A stretch of 64,000 bases of DNA from an archaeon (GTDB lineage Archaea > Hydrothermarchaeota > Hydrothermarchaeia > JALTZZ01). Location of the stretch: positions 4,870 to 68,869 of the forward strand of contig JALTZZ010000035.1 in NCBI GenBank assembly GCA_027051165.1, written 5' to 3'. A model generated the notes under the pieces. The model searched no databases and was not told the DNA's origin. It was given only the letters and a program-made list of their open reading frames with translations. Shown one piece after another: positions 27,424 through 39,500 of the stretch (position 1 is the stretch's first letter; each line of letters begins with the position of its first letter). Both the position numbers and the translations under genes were made by a program.

Positions 27424-28489
27424 CAGCTACTGCGGTTATTCCAAGATTTATAAGAGCTAATGGTAGTAGATACTTCCAGTAAAATGTTGGAATACTGTGG
27501 AGCCTTGCCCTCGGAAGTGTCATTCTTATCCACATTAAAACAAACATTATTGCAAGAGCCTTAGCAACTATTACGCCGAACTGAATAGCCCATTTAACTA
27601 CTGTATATGCAAAGCCTGATAGGAAGTTCTCAAGGAAGCTGAGAACGTATCCAAGCCCAGGAAGATGCCAACCTCCAAAGAACAGGAGAACGGCGAGCAT
27701 GCTTCCGAATACCATGTGAATGTATTCGGCAAACAGCAGCATTGCAAACTTCATTCCACTATATTCCGTATGAAAGCCAGCTATGAGCTCAGACTCGCTT
27801 TCCGGCATGTCAAACGGTATTCTCGACATCTCTGCAATGCTCGCTACGAAGAATACAAAGAATCCAAGAGGTTGCAGAATTATAATCCACTTTGGTATTA
27901 TGCCGAAGATATATTCGGTCTGATACTTTACAATATCAAAGACGTTTAGAGAGCCGACAACAAGGACAACACCCATTATGCTGAGCACAAGCGGTATCTC
28001 GTAGCTTAAATTTAGAGCCGCAGCCCTCATCGCTCCGAGCAAAGAGTATTTGTTGTTGGATGCCCACCCAGCCATTATTACTGGAATTATCGAGAGGCTT
28101 GCTAATGCGATTATGTAGAGGAGAGCAACGTTTAAATCTGCTAATATAAGACCATCCGCAAGTGGCATTGCTGCAAAGGGAAGAACGGCAAATGCAAATG
28201 CAAATACTGGGGCTAACGTAAATATCAATCTATCAGCAGCATAAGGTATAATGTCCTCTTTCTGTATAAGCTTTGCACCATCCGCAAGCGGCTGAAGCAG
28301 ACCATAGGGTCCAGTTCTGTTTGGACCATATCTGACATGTATTCTTGCGGCAACCTTTCTTTCAACCCAAGTAAGGAAGAGGACCATTAAAGATGCATAA
28401 AGAATTATAAAAAGACCTACTACTACACCCTTTGATATTCCAAGCAGTATTTTATTCGACATTATGTAGTCCACGAGCTCAGCTACCAT
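27407..28489 (-). CDS. nuoH: Complex I-like subunit H
   Basis: ERK, GPNRTGPYGLLQPLADG.KL..KE, PFDMPESESEL. Confidence 0.94.
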   Translation of the reverse strand: MVAELVDYIMSNKILLGISKGVVVGLFIILYASLMVLFLTWVERKVAARIHVRYGPNRTGPYGLLQPLADGAKLIQKEDIIPYAADRLIFTLAPVFAFAFAVLPFAAMPLADGLILADLNVALLYIIALASLSIIPVIMAGWASNNKYSLLGAMRAAALNLSYEIPLVLSIMGVVLVVGSLNVFDIVKYQTEYIFGIIPKWIIILQPLGFFVFFVASIAEMSRIPFDMPESESELIAGFHTEYSGMKFAMLLFAEYIHMVFGSMLAVLLFFGGWHLPGLGYVLSFLENFLSGFAYTVVKWAIQFGVIVAKALAIMFVLMWIRMTLPRARLHSIPTFYWKYLLPLALINLGITAVAVAVVG

Positions 28490-28495
28490 TTCGCA

Positions 28496-29647
28496 TCACC
28501 TATCTATATCCCCCATAACGATATCTATGCTTGCAAAGCTTAGCAGAAGATCCGGTATAAGCAGATTCTTGTTAAAATGTGGAAAAGCTGCTAAATTTGC
28601 AAAAGCCGGTGTTCTAAACTTAATTCTATACGGTTTATCGCTTTTTCCATCACTTATCAGATATACAGCCAGCTCTCCTCTTGGGGATTCTACCCTTGCA
28701 TACACCTCTCCAGCAGGAGGTTTTATAACCTTAGGAACCTTAGCCCTAATCTCACCATCTGGCAATTCTCTTAAAGCCTGTCTAACAATTCTTATGCTCT
28801 CCTTTATCTCATCAATCCTCACCATTACCCTTGCGTAAACATCCCCTTCTTTTCTTGTCACAATGTCAAAATCGAATCTATCATATATACAGTATGGATC
28901 TACCTTTCTTATATCATAAGCTACGCCACTTGCCCTTAAATTTGGTCCTGTTAATCCAAGGTTAATAGCCTCTTTTGCACTCACCTTTGCAACGCCCTGA
29001 AGTCTGTCAAGTAGTATTTCGTTCTCATTAATGTAGTTTTCATAATCCACAAGCCTCTTTTCTATAATATTAAGCGTTTTTTTACACTGCTCTACAAATT
29101 TTTCGCTAACATCTCTTTTAACACCACCAATTCTCATGTATGAATATAGAAACCTTGCACCAGACATCTCCTCAAGCAGATCAAGAACCATCTCTCTTTC
29201 TCTAAACCCATACATCATTATTGTCCAAGAGCCAAAATCTGCTCCAAATGTTGCAATAAATATAAGGTGACTCGCAATTCTCTGCAGTTCTGCGGCGATT
29301 ATTCTCAAGTAGTTGGCTCTCTCTGGAACTTCAATGCCCATAAGTTCTTCAACTGCAAGACAGTAAACAAGATTGTTGTTCATCGCAGAAAGGTAGTCCA
29401 TCCTATCCGTTATCGGTATTATCTGCGGATAAGTTCTGTTTTCACATATTTTCTCAACGCCTCTATGAAGGTAACCTATTACCGGAATAATTTCTTTAGC
29501 CCTTTCACCTTCAAGCTTTAAAACAAGCCTGCAAACGCCATGGGTGCTTGGATGATGAGGACCCATATTTAATATCATTTCACCGTCTTTTTCCTCAACT
29601 TCTAAACCTTCAATATTGTATTTCATTTCATCACCCCTTCTTCTCAA
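28496..29647 (-). CDS. nuoD: Complex I-like subunit D
   Basis: GPHHPSTHG, GYLHRG.EK, RMDY, ESPRGE, C-terminal GDIDR; no Ni-binding CxxC. Confidence 0.94.
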   Translation of the reverse strand: MRRRGDEMKYNIEGLEVEEKDGEMILNMGPHHPSTHGVCRLVLKLEGERAKEIIPVIGYLHRGVEKICENRTYPQIIPITDRMDYLSAMNNNLVYCLAVEELMGIEVPERANYLRIIAAELQRIASHLIFIATFGADFGSWTIMMYGFREREMVLDLLEEMSGARFLYSYMRIGGVKRDVSEKFVEQCKKTLNIIEKRLVDYENYINENEILLDRLQGVAKVSAKEAINLGLTGPNLRASGVAYDIRKVDPYCIYDRFDFDIVTRKEGDVYARVMVRIDEIKESIRIVRQALRELPDGEIRAKVPKVIKPPAGEVYARVESPRGELAVYLISDGKSDKPYRIKFRTPAFANLAAFPHFNKNLLIPDLLLSFASIDIVMGDIDR

Positions 29648-30095
29648 ACCACTGTGCTGGCGTGAGCTTGAAATCCTTTCTTAGCGGAAAGCCTTTGAAG
29701 TCATGTGGCAAAAGTATTCTTCTCAAATCCGGGTGCCCCTCGTATACTATCCCCATCATATCGTAAGCTTCTCTCTCAAACCAGTCAGCGGCTTTCCATA
29801 TAGAATAGACACTCTTTATCTTTGGATCATCCTTCGGTATTATCGCTTTTATCTGAACGAGAACCCTTGTTTTTGCATTGAAGATGTGGTAAACACTTTC
29901 AAATCTGTCTTCATAGTCAACGGCACTTATGCATGAGAGGTATTCATATCCATTTTCATAGAGGTATTTACATACCTCGTATATATCATCTCTATTTATC
30001 GTTATAACAACTCTCCTCGCCCTTTGAATCTTTGCATCAAGTATTTTTTCACCAAACTTCTCCTTTAGCTGATTTATAATTTTATCTTCTTCCAT
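29631..30095 (-). CDS. nuoC: Complex I-like subunit C
   Basis: WFEREAYDMMGI.YEGHPDLRRILL, PLRKDF. Confidence 0.94.
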   Translation of the reverse strand: MEEDKIINQLKEKFGEKILDAKIQRARRVVITINRDDIYEVCKYLYENGYEYLSCISAVDYEDRFESVYHIFNAKTRVLVQIKAIIPKDDPKIKSVYSIWKAADWFEREAYDMMGIVYEGHPDLRRILLPHDFKGFPLRKDFKLTPAQWFEKKG

Positions 30096-30107
30096 ACTTT
30101 TACCTCT

Positions 30108-30590
30108 CTATCTCTTTATCTCCCCTCTCCTTATTTTTTCTTGAAGCTTTATTATTCCGTATATAAGCCCCTCTGGTCTTGGTGGGCAACCGGGAACATA
30201 GACGTCTACGGGAATTATCTTATCAACTCCATCCACAACGCTGTAGCTATCGTAAAACGGACCACCGCTTATTGCACACTCTCCCATTGCGATCACGTAT
30301 TTCGGCTCCGGCATCTGCTCATAAAGACGTCTAACAAGAGGTGCCATCTTCTTCGTAACTGTTCCGGCGACTATCATTAAATCTGCCTGCCTCGGACTCG
30401 CTCTGAACAACATTCCAAAACGCTCGAAAGCATCAAAACGCGAGCAACCTGTAGCCATCATTTCTATAGCACAGCATGCTAAACCAAAGGTTAGTGGCCA
30501 CATTGCTCTTATTCTTGCCTCTCTTAATATGAACTCTTCAAGGAAATCCTTAATTTTTTGAAGGCTTAGCGTTAGTATTATAGGCTCCAT
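30108..30590 (-). CDS. nuoB: Complex I-like subunit B
   Basis: [23 protein letters not shown]. Confidence 0.95.
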   Translation of the reverse strand: MEPIILTLSLQKIKDFLEEFILREARIRAMWPLTFGLACCAIEMMATGCSRFDAFERFGMLFRASPRQADLMIVAGTVTKKMAPLVRRLYEQMPEPKYVIAMGECAISGGPFYDSYSVVDGVDKIIPVDVYVPGCPPRPEGLIYGIIKLQEKIRRGEIKR

Positions 30591-30596
30591 ATGTTT

Positions 30597-30962
30597 TTAC
30601 CTCCATTCAAGTGCTTTCTCACGCCAAGCATATATCAAGCCAAGGGCTAAGACGACAATGAATATTATACCCTCGATAAGCAGCAGCGTTATGTTGCCGA
30701 AACTCTTGAAGATCTCTGCCCATGGAAAGAGAACAACGGCTTCAACATCGAAGACCACGAAAAGCAGTGCAAAGAGGTAATACTGCACATCATAAGGTTT
30801 TCTCGCATCGCCGAAGGGAATAAGCCCGCATTCGTAGGTTAAATATTTATCTGGTTCCGGCTTTGTAGGTCTCAAAAGCCTTGATAGCAGAAACGTTATA
30901 ACGGGAAACACCATCGCAATTAAAGCAAACACCCCAATGGCTATATACTCCCCCGTTAGCAT
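30597..30962 (-). CDS. nuoA: Complex I-like subunit A
   Basis: YECG, FDVE, ALEW. Confidence 0.94.
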   Translation of the reverse strand: MLTGEYIAIGVFALIAMVFPVITFLLSRLLRPTKPEPDKYLTYECGLIPFGDARKPYDVQYYLFALLFVVFDVEAVVLFPWAEIFKSFGNITLLLIEGIIFIVVLALGLIYAWREKALEWR

Positions 30963-31119
30963 GCTCGCACCTTCTTAACTCAAAGTTTTTATATTCTAAA
31001 ACCAAGGTATAGGGATAATACTTTTAATATATAAATTTAACGGTAGTTTCAATGAATCCAAAAAGATAAAAAGCTATAAAACATCTCTAAAAATTAATAT
31101 AACCTTATAAAAAGAGAAT

Positions 31120-31893
31120 GTGGTGATGATTTTGAAAATATGCAGAGTCATGTATAAGAATAAAAAATGCTTCGGAGTAATTGATGGAGAGGATGTTTAT
31201 ATTTTTGATAGTTTTGAAAAAATAGAGAGCAATGAATATTTAGAATGTAAGAAAATGGTCAAACTTAAACTGCTCGCTCCAGTAGAACCGAGCAAAATTG
31301 TCTGTATAGGCTTAAACTACGTTGATCATGCAAAGGAGCTCGGGATGAAGATTCCAGAGGAACCTATAATATTCCTAAAGCCCCCCAGCAGTGTTGTGGG
31401 AGATCGGGAATACATAATATTACCAAGTTCTTCAAGTAGAGTAGATTATGAGGCTGAGCTCGCAGTGGTAATCGGCAAGCGGGGAAAGAACATTCCAGAA
31501 AAAGACGCTTATAAGTATGTCCTCGGTTATACGTGCTTTAACGACGTAACTGCAAGGGATTTACAGAAAAAAGATGGTCAATGGACAAGATCAAAGAGCT
31601 TTGATACATTCGCTCCGATAGGTCCTTGGATAGTAACAAAAGACGAGATTAGGAATCCTCACAAGCTGGACATAAAGCTGATACTAAACAATGAAATAAA
31701 GCAGAATTCAAACACAAAAAATTTAATATTTTCCATTCCCAAGCTCATATCTTTTATTTCAGAGATAATGACTCTCGAACCATTTGATGTTATAGCCACT
31801 GGCACTCCTCCGGGTGTTGGACCCTTAAAAAGAGGAGATACTGTAAAGGTGCATATAGAAAAGATTGGCACGCTAACCAACTACGTTCTTTAG
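31120..31893 (+). CDS. Fumarylacetoacetate hydrolase family protein
   Basis: GLNYVDH, FLKP, DYEAEL, NDVTARD, KSFDTF, TGTP. Confidence 0.93.
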   Translation: MVMILKICRVMYKNKKCFGVIDGEDVYIFDSFEKIESNEYLECKKMVKLKLLAPVEPSKIVCIGLNYVDHAKELGMKIPEEPIIFLKPPSSVVGDREYIILPSSSSRVDYEAELAVVIGKRGKNIPEKDAYKYVLGYTCFNDVTARDLQKKDGQWTRSKSFDTFAPIGPWIVTKDEIRNPHKLDIKLILNNEIKQNSNTKNLIFSIPKLISFISEIMTLEPFDVIATGTPPGVGPLKRGDTVKVHIEKIGTLTNYVL

Positions 31894-31917
31894 TTTTTTA
31901 TTTTATTATTTTTTATT

Positions 31918-32442
31918 TTAAACAGAGTATATAAAAACCGCTATAGATATGGCAAAAATTATTGTGTAAAATATTTTTTCGTAAAAGACTTTTTCTGTAG
32001 CCTTTACTAAAGTTTTTTCAACGACTTCTTTTTTAAGGGATTCTAATGCAATACCCTTCTTTGCATGCACAACTTCTTCTCCTGCTTTAGCTCTGGCTGC
32101 ACGATGCGTTATTTCAATAATCTTGTATGCAGAAGCCATTGATGTTGTTGATGATAAAATTAGCGATATAATATACCTTTTCTTCTCTATACCTTTTATT
32201 ATTGAAAGAAGACTTGAAATCCAGCTTCTCGCATAATCTTCATTCAACCTTACAGTGTTAACCTCCTTTTCTCCCCTGTTTATCTTCTTAATCTCGACTA
32301 TACCTTCCTTTTCCATCTTCCTTAATACCTTAAAAACTTGTTAATAATCTTTTTTTATCAATTTTGATATCTGATATATGTTCATCTCGCCATTTTCTAT
32401 AAGAACTTTTATTATTTTATCCCTTGTTGAAAGCTTCAGCAT
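31918..32442 (-). pseudogene. Membrane-anchored winged-helix regulator interrupted by an in-frame TAA at 32341-32343
   Basis: From ATG 32442: MLKLSTRDKIIKVLIENGEMNIYQISKLIKKDY*QVFKVLRKMEKEGIV, continuing into the 132-aa ORF with two hydrophobic segments. Confidence 0.7.
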
Positions 32443-32476
32443 CGCTTAAATAATGGATTTTGAAATATATAAAATC

Positions 32477-33592
32477 ATGTTTGACGTAGCTATAGTAGGT
32501 GGGAGCTCGACAGGCTTGATAGCTGCGAGAGAGCTCTCAAAGCATGGTTTAAGAGTGTGCGTCCTTGAAGAGCATGAAATAGGTGAAGTAGTATGCTCTG
32601 GGCTGATAAGTGTAAACGGTGTTAAGGAGCTTGGTATAAAGCCGGAGAACGTTGAAAATATAATAAGAGGTGTGAGATTTGTATCTCCGAGCAATGTTGA
32701 AATATATGCACATTCAAATATAGACAGGGCTTTTGTAGTTAATAGGGGGCTCTTCGACAGGCAGATTGCTGAGGAAGCTCTTTCAAGCGGAGCTAAGATA
32801 TTTGAGAAATTTAGAGCTAAAAAAATAGCTTTTAAAAATGATTATGTTGATATTAACGGTGAGATAAGGGCTAAGATTGTTCTCGGCTGCGATGGTTTAA
32901 AAAGCATTGTTGCAAGAGCGTGCTCTTTAAATCCTCCGAGAAGAGTTGTTGCCTCTGCAAAAGCAGTATTTAAAAACGCAGACTACCTTCAAGAAGATGT
33001 TGCAGAAGTCTATTTTAGGGATTATGCCAAGGGATTTTTTGCATGGATTCTGCCAAGGGGAAAATGTGTTGAAATAGGTGTGGGTGTTAGAAAAGCTAAT
33101 TTAAGACTTGCATTAGAGAGATTTCTTAAGGAGAGGGGCTTAGAATTAAAGAGCTTTCAAACAGGGGCTTTTCCAGTGGAAGTCGTCTCGGATACGTGTG
33201 GATATAGGGCTATGATCGTTGGGAACTCTGCCGGACAAGTTAAGGCAAGCACCGGAGGAGGTGTTATTACCGGCGGCATCTGTGCAAAAATTGCGAGTAA
33301 AGCATGCCTTAAGTCCTTGGAAGAGGATAAATTCGATAAAGACTTTTATAAAAAGAATTACGAAGATATTTGGAAAAAAAGCCTTCTAAGGGAGTTCTAT
33401 GCACATATTATAATAAGGGAGCTCTATGAAAGGCTCGATAAGCACAGCCTCGATGCCCTTTTTAAAATAGCGAGAGAAGAGGGGATAGATAAGATAATGA
33501 TAAAATATAGAGACACAGACAAACCTTCAAAATTTTTAGATGAGATAATGAAAAAAGAAAAAATTATTTCATTTCTTTCGCAGTTTATTTAG
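32477..33592 (+). CDS. Geranylgeranyl reductase family FAD oxidoreductase
   Basis: FDVAIVGG, R..FD, DG..S, FAWILP..G.G and TGGG motifs. Confidence 0.85.
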   Translation: MFDVAIVGGSSTGLIAARELSKHGLRVCVLEEHEIGEVVCSGLISVNGVKELGIKPENVENIIRGVRFVSPSNVEIYAHSNIDRAFVVNRGLFDRQIAEEALSSGAKIFEKFRAKKIAFKNDYVDINGEIRAKIVLGCDGLKSIVARACSLNPPRRVVASAKAVFKNADYLQEDVAEVYFRDYAKGFFAWILPRGKCVEIGVGVRKANLRLALERFLKERGLELKSFQTGAFPVEVVSDTCGYRAMIVGNSAGQVKASTGGGVITGGICAKIASKACLKSLEEDKFDKDFYKKNYEDIWKKSLLREFYAHIIIRELYERLDKHSLDALFKIAREEGIDKIMIKYRDTDKPSKFLDEIMKKEKIISFLSQFI

Positions 33593-36500
33593 TTCCTGTT
33601 TATCCTTATCCATACAACCTTTCTCTTTCCGGGCTCTGCTTTTATAGTAACTGTCTTTTCTAAGAGTTTTTCTTCAAATAAGTCAGGATCGAGCCACCTT
33701 GCCTTTACTGTTATTTCTTTATCTCTAATTTTAAATACACCATAGTTCTTTGTTCCTTTTGATTTAACAAGCATTGTTTTTGAGTATTTATTGACGAATA
33801 CGTCAACGTAGAGATCATCGTCGTCCAAATTTTCAACTATCACCTCTACTTCTGTTGGCAGTATATCCGCAAATATCTCGCTTATCTGCCTCTTCGCAGT
33901 GTCGCTTATATCAACGGCTATTATTTTTATCGGCTTTCTGCTCTTATCCACTCTATTATCTTTGAGAAACCCTAAAACACTTTTCGGAACACTGTCTTTA
34001 ACGTATATTATAGGTGCATTCATGTATTCGGATATCAAAACTGCTCTGGTGCTTATGTTTCTTCCATCAGTTACAACAATAACCTTTAGATCAAGCTTCT
34101 TCTTTTTGTAGGCTTTTGCAAGCTCTACCGCAGTTTCGTATCTCGTTTCGCCCCAAATTCTCTCAACCTCATACCTCTCTCTTAAATAGTTCTCTACTTC
34201 TTTTGATATAGCTTTTTCTCCGCCAACGATAATTACCTTCATTGGAGATATCTCATCTATTGCAAGCAGTGCACTTGAAACAAGCTCATCTGGCTTCGTA
34301 AGTATTATAGGATATCTGCTTATTTTTGCAAAGGCTATTGCAGCTACGGCATCTGCGGGTATATCCCCCCTTGCAAGAACTACAGTTCCAGAGTATCTGA
34401 ACTTCTCCAAAATCATCTTATTTGCAACCTCGTAGACATCTCCATCAATTTCTATAATATCCTTGGCTTCTATTCCTTCCGCAAATACAGGCTTATCCAT
34501 AAGAGCTAATATTGGATAGACACTTATTGGAGCTTTATAGAAAGTCTTATCCTCAAGTTTGTATTCCTTAATAAACAATTTCATGAACTTCGCATTTACG
34601 GTATTAATGCCACTCTCCACGGTAAATTCCTCTATTTTTCTCGGAGCTGGAGCTGCACCTCCTCCGCCTCCTCCACCAACTGCTGGCTGATAGCCCGAAA
34701 TAGCTACGGTTATACTCTTAGACACCTTTTCAGCATTTATACACGAAGCTTCTGCAGTAAAGGTTACGCTATTCTCGTTTGGAAGGTTAACTGTAAAGTT
34801 TATTGTTTTTGTCGTTTTTGGCTGAATATCTGTTGATTGAGCACCAAAGTTTATAAGCTTTATATAACATTCTTTTGCAATTTCACTTTCAATGTTTTCT
34901 ACATTTACGCTCACAACAACGCTTTCTCCTACCTCGAGCTTCCCATAAACGTCAATTTTTGTTATGTTAATTTTCGTATGGTTTAATACATGCAATCCCA
35001 CACTTTCGTTTGTTTCGTTTGCGTTGCTTGCATTCACCTTGAACAATAACGTATAGTTTCCTCTGCTTGCGAAAATTAGGCTAAATGTTTCATTCCAGCT
35101 TTCAAGGTAATCAAGCTTATCCAAGTGTCTACTCTCGTTTTTAACACCTGATACAAGAGATAGGGTCAAATTCTTTGCACTTGAATTTCCACCATTTTTA
35201 ACGATAATACCCATATTCAAGCTCTTATTTACAACCCAGTATTTTGGTGCATCTACATATATTATAAGCCATGGCTCATTTGAGTATACGATTGTTATGT
35301 TTGTGCTTGCATGCACAGTGTAGCTTCCCCTTATTATCTCTCCCCCAATCGCTCTCTCTATTAAATAGCTTAGGGTTGCGTTTATAGTATAGTTTCCAGT
35401 CCAGTTTGCTTTAAGTGTGAATTCCTCAACATAGCTCCCTATGCTCAGCTCGCCCAAGCTCTTTGATGTATTCTCTCCGCTGATGTTGCTTGGTAATATA
35501 ATTTCAATTGTTGCATTTTTTATTCCGATATTACTTACATTTATATAAGCCTTTAATCTAAAATCAGCATTAACCGGATACTTTTCTGGTGCTTCTATGC
35601 TTAGATTTACATTTGGAACAACAACCACATTTCCACCACTTGGATCTATTGTTATGTTGTTGTATAAAAGCCTAACGTTAAATCCTGAGATAACCCCTGT
35701 TTCGTTTGTAAATGCCGTCCAGTTTACGGTTATCGTCTCGTTGGGGGATAGAATCTTTGGAGTGGTAAACTTAACCTGATCGTATATGTAGACAAATTTA
35801 TCCTTCGGCGGTATAAGGGTTACGTTCATTATACTTACATTCCTGTTTTCTTTGTTTGTGATGTTCACTTTAACTGTGAAGTTTACGAATGGATAGACAA
35901 CGCTCGGCTCTACCGCTATTGTTCCTTTAACAACCCCTGGGACTATTTCAATCGTCTTGCTGAACTCCTTGGATATTCCTCCATAGCTAACCTTAGCCAC
36001 TACTGTATAATTGCCCAGAGGTATCGGATTCTGGTTGTGATCTCCTACTATCCATGTAACCTCATAGTCCATTTCTCCGTTCAGCGGTGTGTTCTCAAAC
36101 CTCAAGTTCGGATTTTCCTCCGGATTAAATATCTTATAGAGAGTTCCTCCTCTTGTAATAGAAATTGTTATGTTTCCGTAGTTTATGGTGGTGTAGCCTT
36201 CGTTTTTAAGTTTAACTTTTATATCAGCAGCCTCACCATTTATAAGGCTCTGATTTATTATTATATCTACGATGCTCAGATTTACGATCTCTATACCTTT
36301 TGTTATGTAGTCAACGACATTGTTGCCTTCAACAAGCTTTGCTCTAAGCGTATATGCTCCAGTTGGCAGATAGTAGCCGGCTATTCTTCCGTCCCAAGAA
36401 TACTCCTTATAAACGCTTCCAAGGATGTTGAAGTTCTCCTCAGCTATAATTCCTATTGTGCTGTTTGTGGAGTTTAGAATCTCTAAAACAAGCTTCACAT

Positions 36501-39500
36501 TCTTCTCAGTTTCCGAGAACATGTTTATGTATATCTTCATTGCTACACCGTATGCAAGCTCGCTTAAGCTCGTTCTCATGCTCGATATCCCTATAGGCTT
36601 CTCAGAAACGTTTATAAACATTTCTTTTTCTGCAGAGGATATTCCGTATTTGAGCTCTACTTTTATTCTATATACTCCGGGGGAATCAAATGTTATCAAA
36701 AATCCTTCTCTTTTAGTTGAATAGCTCGGCATCTTAACAGCTTTTGTTTCTACATTCGTGCACGTTATGTTGCAGACGTATAGAGAGAGGTTCGCATCAA
36801 GCTCTGGTGCAATGTTTATCAGGGTAACGTTTACCTCTGTGCTCATGTTTACAAAAGTCTTTTCCGGCATGTCTATTGACAGTATTCCAGCTCTCTCCAA
36901 GATAATATTTTTTCCTCCCTCAAGCACCGTTGTATATGATTCGTTTGCATCCGCATATTTAAGCTCATATTCTATAACGTTTGCACCATGGCTTCCGTTT
37001 ATCAGACTTTCCAGTTTCCAGAGCTTTGATATGTTATAAACCTCATCCTCATGCAGATATCTATTCAGTATTACTGTTCCCTCGGAGCCCGGCTGTATGT
37101 CTGTGAAGAATTTAACCCTGTATGCAAGTTCCTTGAGCTTAACGGTGCTGTTAGCACTTATTGAGAAGTTTATGTATATGCTTTCGCCGGGATAAGCAAC
37201 TCCTTTTGTGTTTACTTCAACATCTATCAGGTGCTCAAATCTAAGCTTTGCATACTTCCAAACATCTTTACCATCTATGCTCGCAGATACCTCAAGTATT
37301 ACATCCCCCTCTTCTATAGCAACGCTCTTCAGCTCAACGTATCCCTCGTATAGCCCGCTTAAGTAATTGTTCTCGCTAAGCGTTCCTTCAGCAATTATCC
37401 TTCCTTTGCCGTCCCATATCTTATAGCTTACGCTCTTTCCAGATAATAAATTGTTTGTAGTCATGTTTCTAAGATAAACAGCAATAAGCATTCCATTTCT
37501 TAAAATATCTTCACTTTCAGGTTCTTTAAATTCTATAAAAGCTGGAGATACGAGTATATCATCAAAGTAAACAGCATCGTTGAAGTATACCTTAACTCTA
37601 ACTCCGTCTGAGCTGTATAGATCGCTCCACTTCGGATTTGTTATGTCCTTTATTATATCTATGAAGCCGTTTCTGTAGCTTTTGTTATATACCGTAATAT
37701 TTTCTGAGTTTTCTGCAAGTAATCCTTCTTCTATAAAGACAAACACACCTCTATTTTTATCCAGCACCCTTCTTACCTTATAAAGCTCAGCTTTTATCTC
37801 ACCAGTAATATCAATGTCTTGCATATTAACCGCTGTGTAGTTTATTCTGAATCTGTTTTTTTGCTCAATAACGCTGTTGTATAGATCTTCCTTAAAGACT
37901 TTTACTCCGTTTACATATATATCAAATCCTGCAAGCTTTATTTCAGGATATACCTTCAAGACTTTCTCAAATGTGAATGTTACAAATTTGAGGTTGTCTG
38001 GATTTATATATGACACATTAACAACAAACGTGTAGTTCTTTGCATCTGGATCTATTGTAAGGTTTTCTCCAGAGAATATTGTAGTTGTAGGCTTGCCGTA
38101 TCTCCTCAGCGATATTTCACTCCATGAAATGTTTTTAACGTTCTCAACACCGTTTTTAAACACCTCTACAGATATGTTTACCGTTATGTTGAAGTATCCT
38201 AAGTTTATCACGTAGGGAACTATGGTTACATTTCCGCTCTCGTTTGAAACTTCCTTAACTGCTAAATTATCCTTTGTTACAAGCAGATCAACCGTGATCG
38301 GATTTACATAAAACATCTTCATAAATTCTGGTAGAATGTGGTCTACTGTAGCTCCTCTTGAATTTTCTATTTCAAAATATGGATTTCTGTATTTTATCCT
38401 TATAAAGACGCTATGATTCTGATCTATTATCGAATTCGCAGTATCCCATACAAACGTGAAGAACTCAGTTGTATTCGGCTTTATAAGCTTTTCATCCGTT
38501 GAAAACTCAAGCGTTCTTCCGCTTCTATCAACAACCTGATATATTATTGATGCATTTAAGCCGAGGAAGTATGCTAAGCATGTAACGTTACTCGTCTCTA
38601 CCCTGTTCTTGACCTCTAAGCTGAAGCTGTTCTTATCTCCGTAGTTAACAAATTTCTTTTCCATGCTAAATGATAGAAGCTCCACCGGGTGGAGTATCGT
38701 TATCTCCTTAGGATAGCTTATCCCTATTAAGCTGTTCTTGTAGTATACGTATGCATAGAGCGAGAAGTTACCTTCTACATAGTATGGTATATTTGGTATT
38801 ATATCGGTCTTATACCATAAACCGTCTTTGTATACGGCATCTACTTCATAGTATATTATGTTATTCTTTATTACCTTAAACGTTACCTTGTAATCCTTTG
38901 GATCTGAAACGTTGCGGAAATAAGTATAGGTTACCTTTTCTCCGGGTATATAGTAGCTTAAACATGAGAACATTCTTTCAACGATCTCAGCTGTTGTTTT
39001 TAATCCCTTAACAACCGTAAGCGTGCCGCCAAATCTATACGATGCTCTTCCATCGTAGCTAAGGTTTGCAGCTATGCTATAAGTTCCGCTCGCCAAAGCT
39101 AAAGAAAATTCATGTTCCGTAACAGAAAATGCTGGAAGGATTACGTTTCTTTCTCCATGAGAAGATGAGTTAACGTATAGAGTGAGCGTTGCGTTCATTC
39201 TTTCTCCAATGTTCTTTACTAAAACCTTTATCGTTGCATTGCTTCCCTCCTCAACTCCCTCTGGGATTTCTATTCCTATTATGCCGGCTTTTTCTAAGGT
39301 AAACGTTGTAGTGTTTTCAATTGTGTAATTTATTCCGTCTCTTTCAAATATTACGTAGGCAACTATTGTATTTATTCCGTAGGTTCCGTATCTCGCATTC
39401 TCAGCGTTCCAAGGTGAAATTTCTTTCAAAACGCTCTTATTAATCTGGAGAAATTCATCAACCGTAATGCTGTAGCTGCTGTTCACCTGCTCATAGCCGC

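Noticed and set aside
28496-30590. Group 4 [NiFe]-hydrogenase
   Set aside because: The large subunit lacks both CxxC Ni-binding motifs and has NuoD signatures
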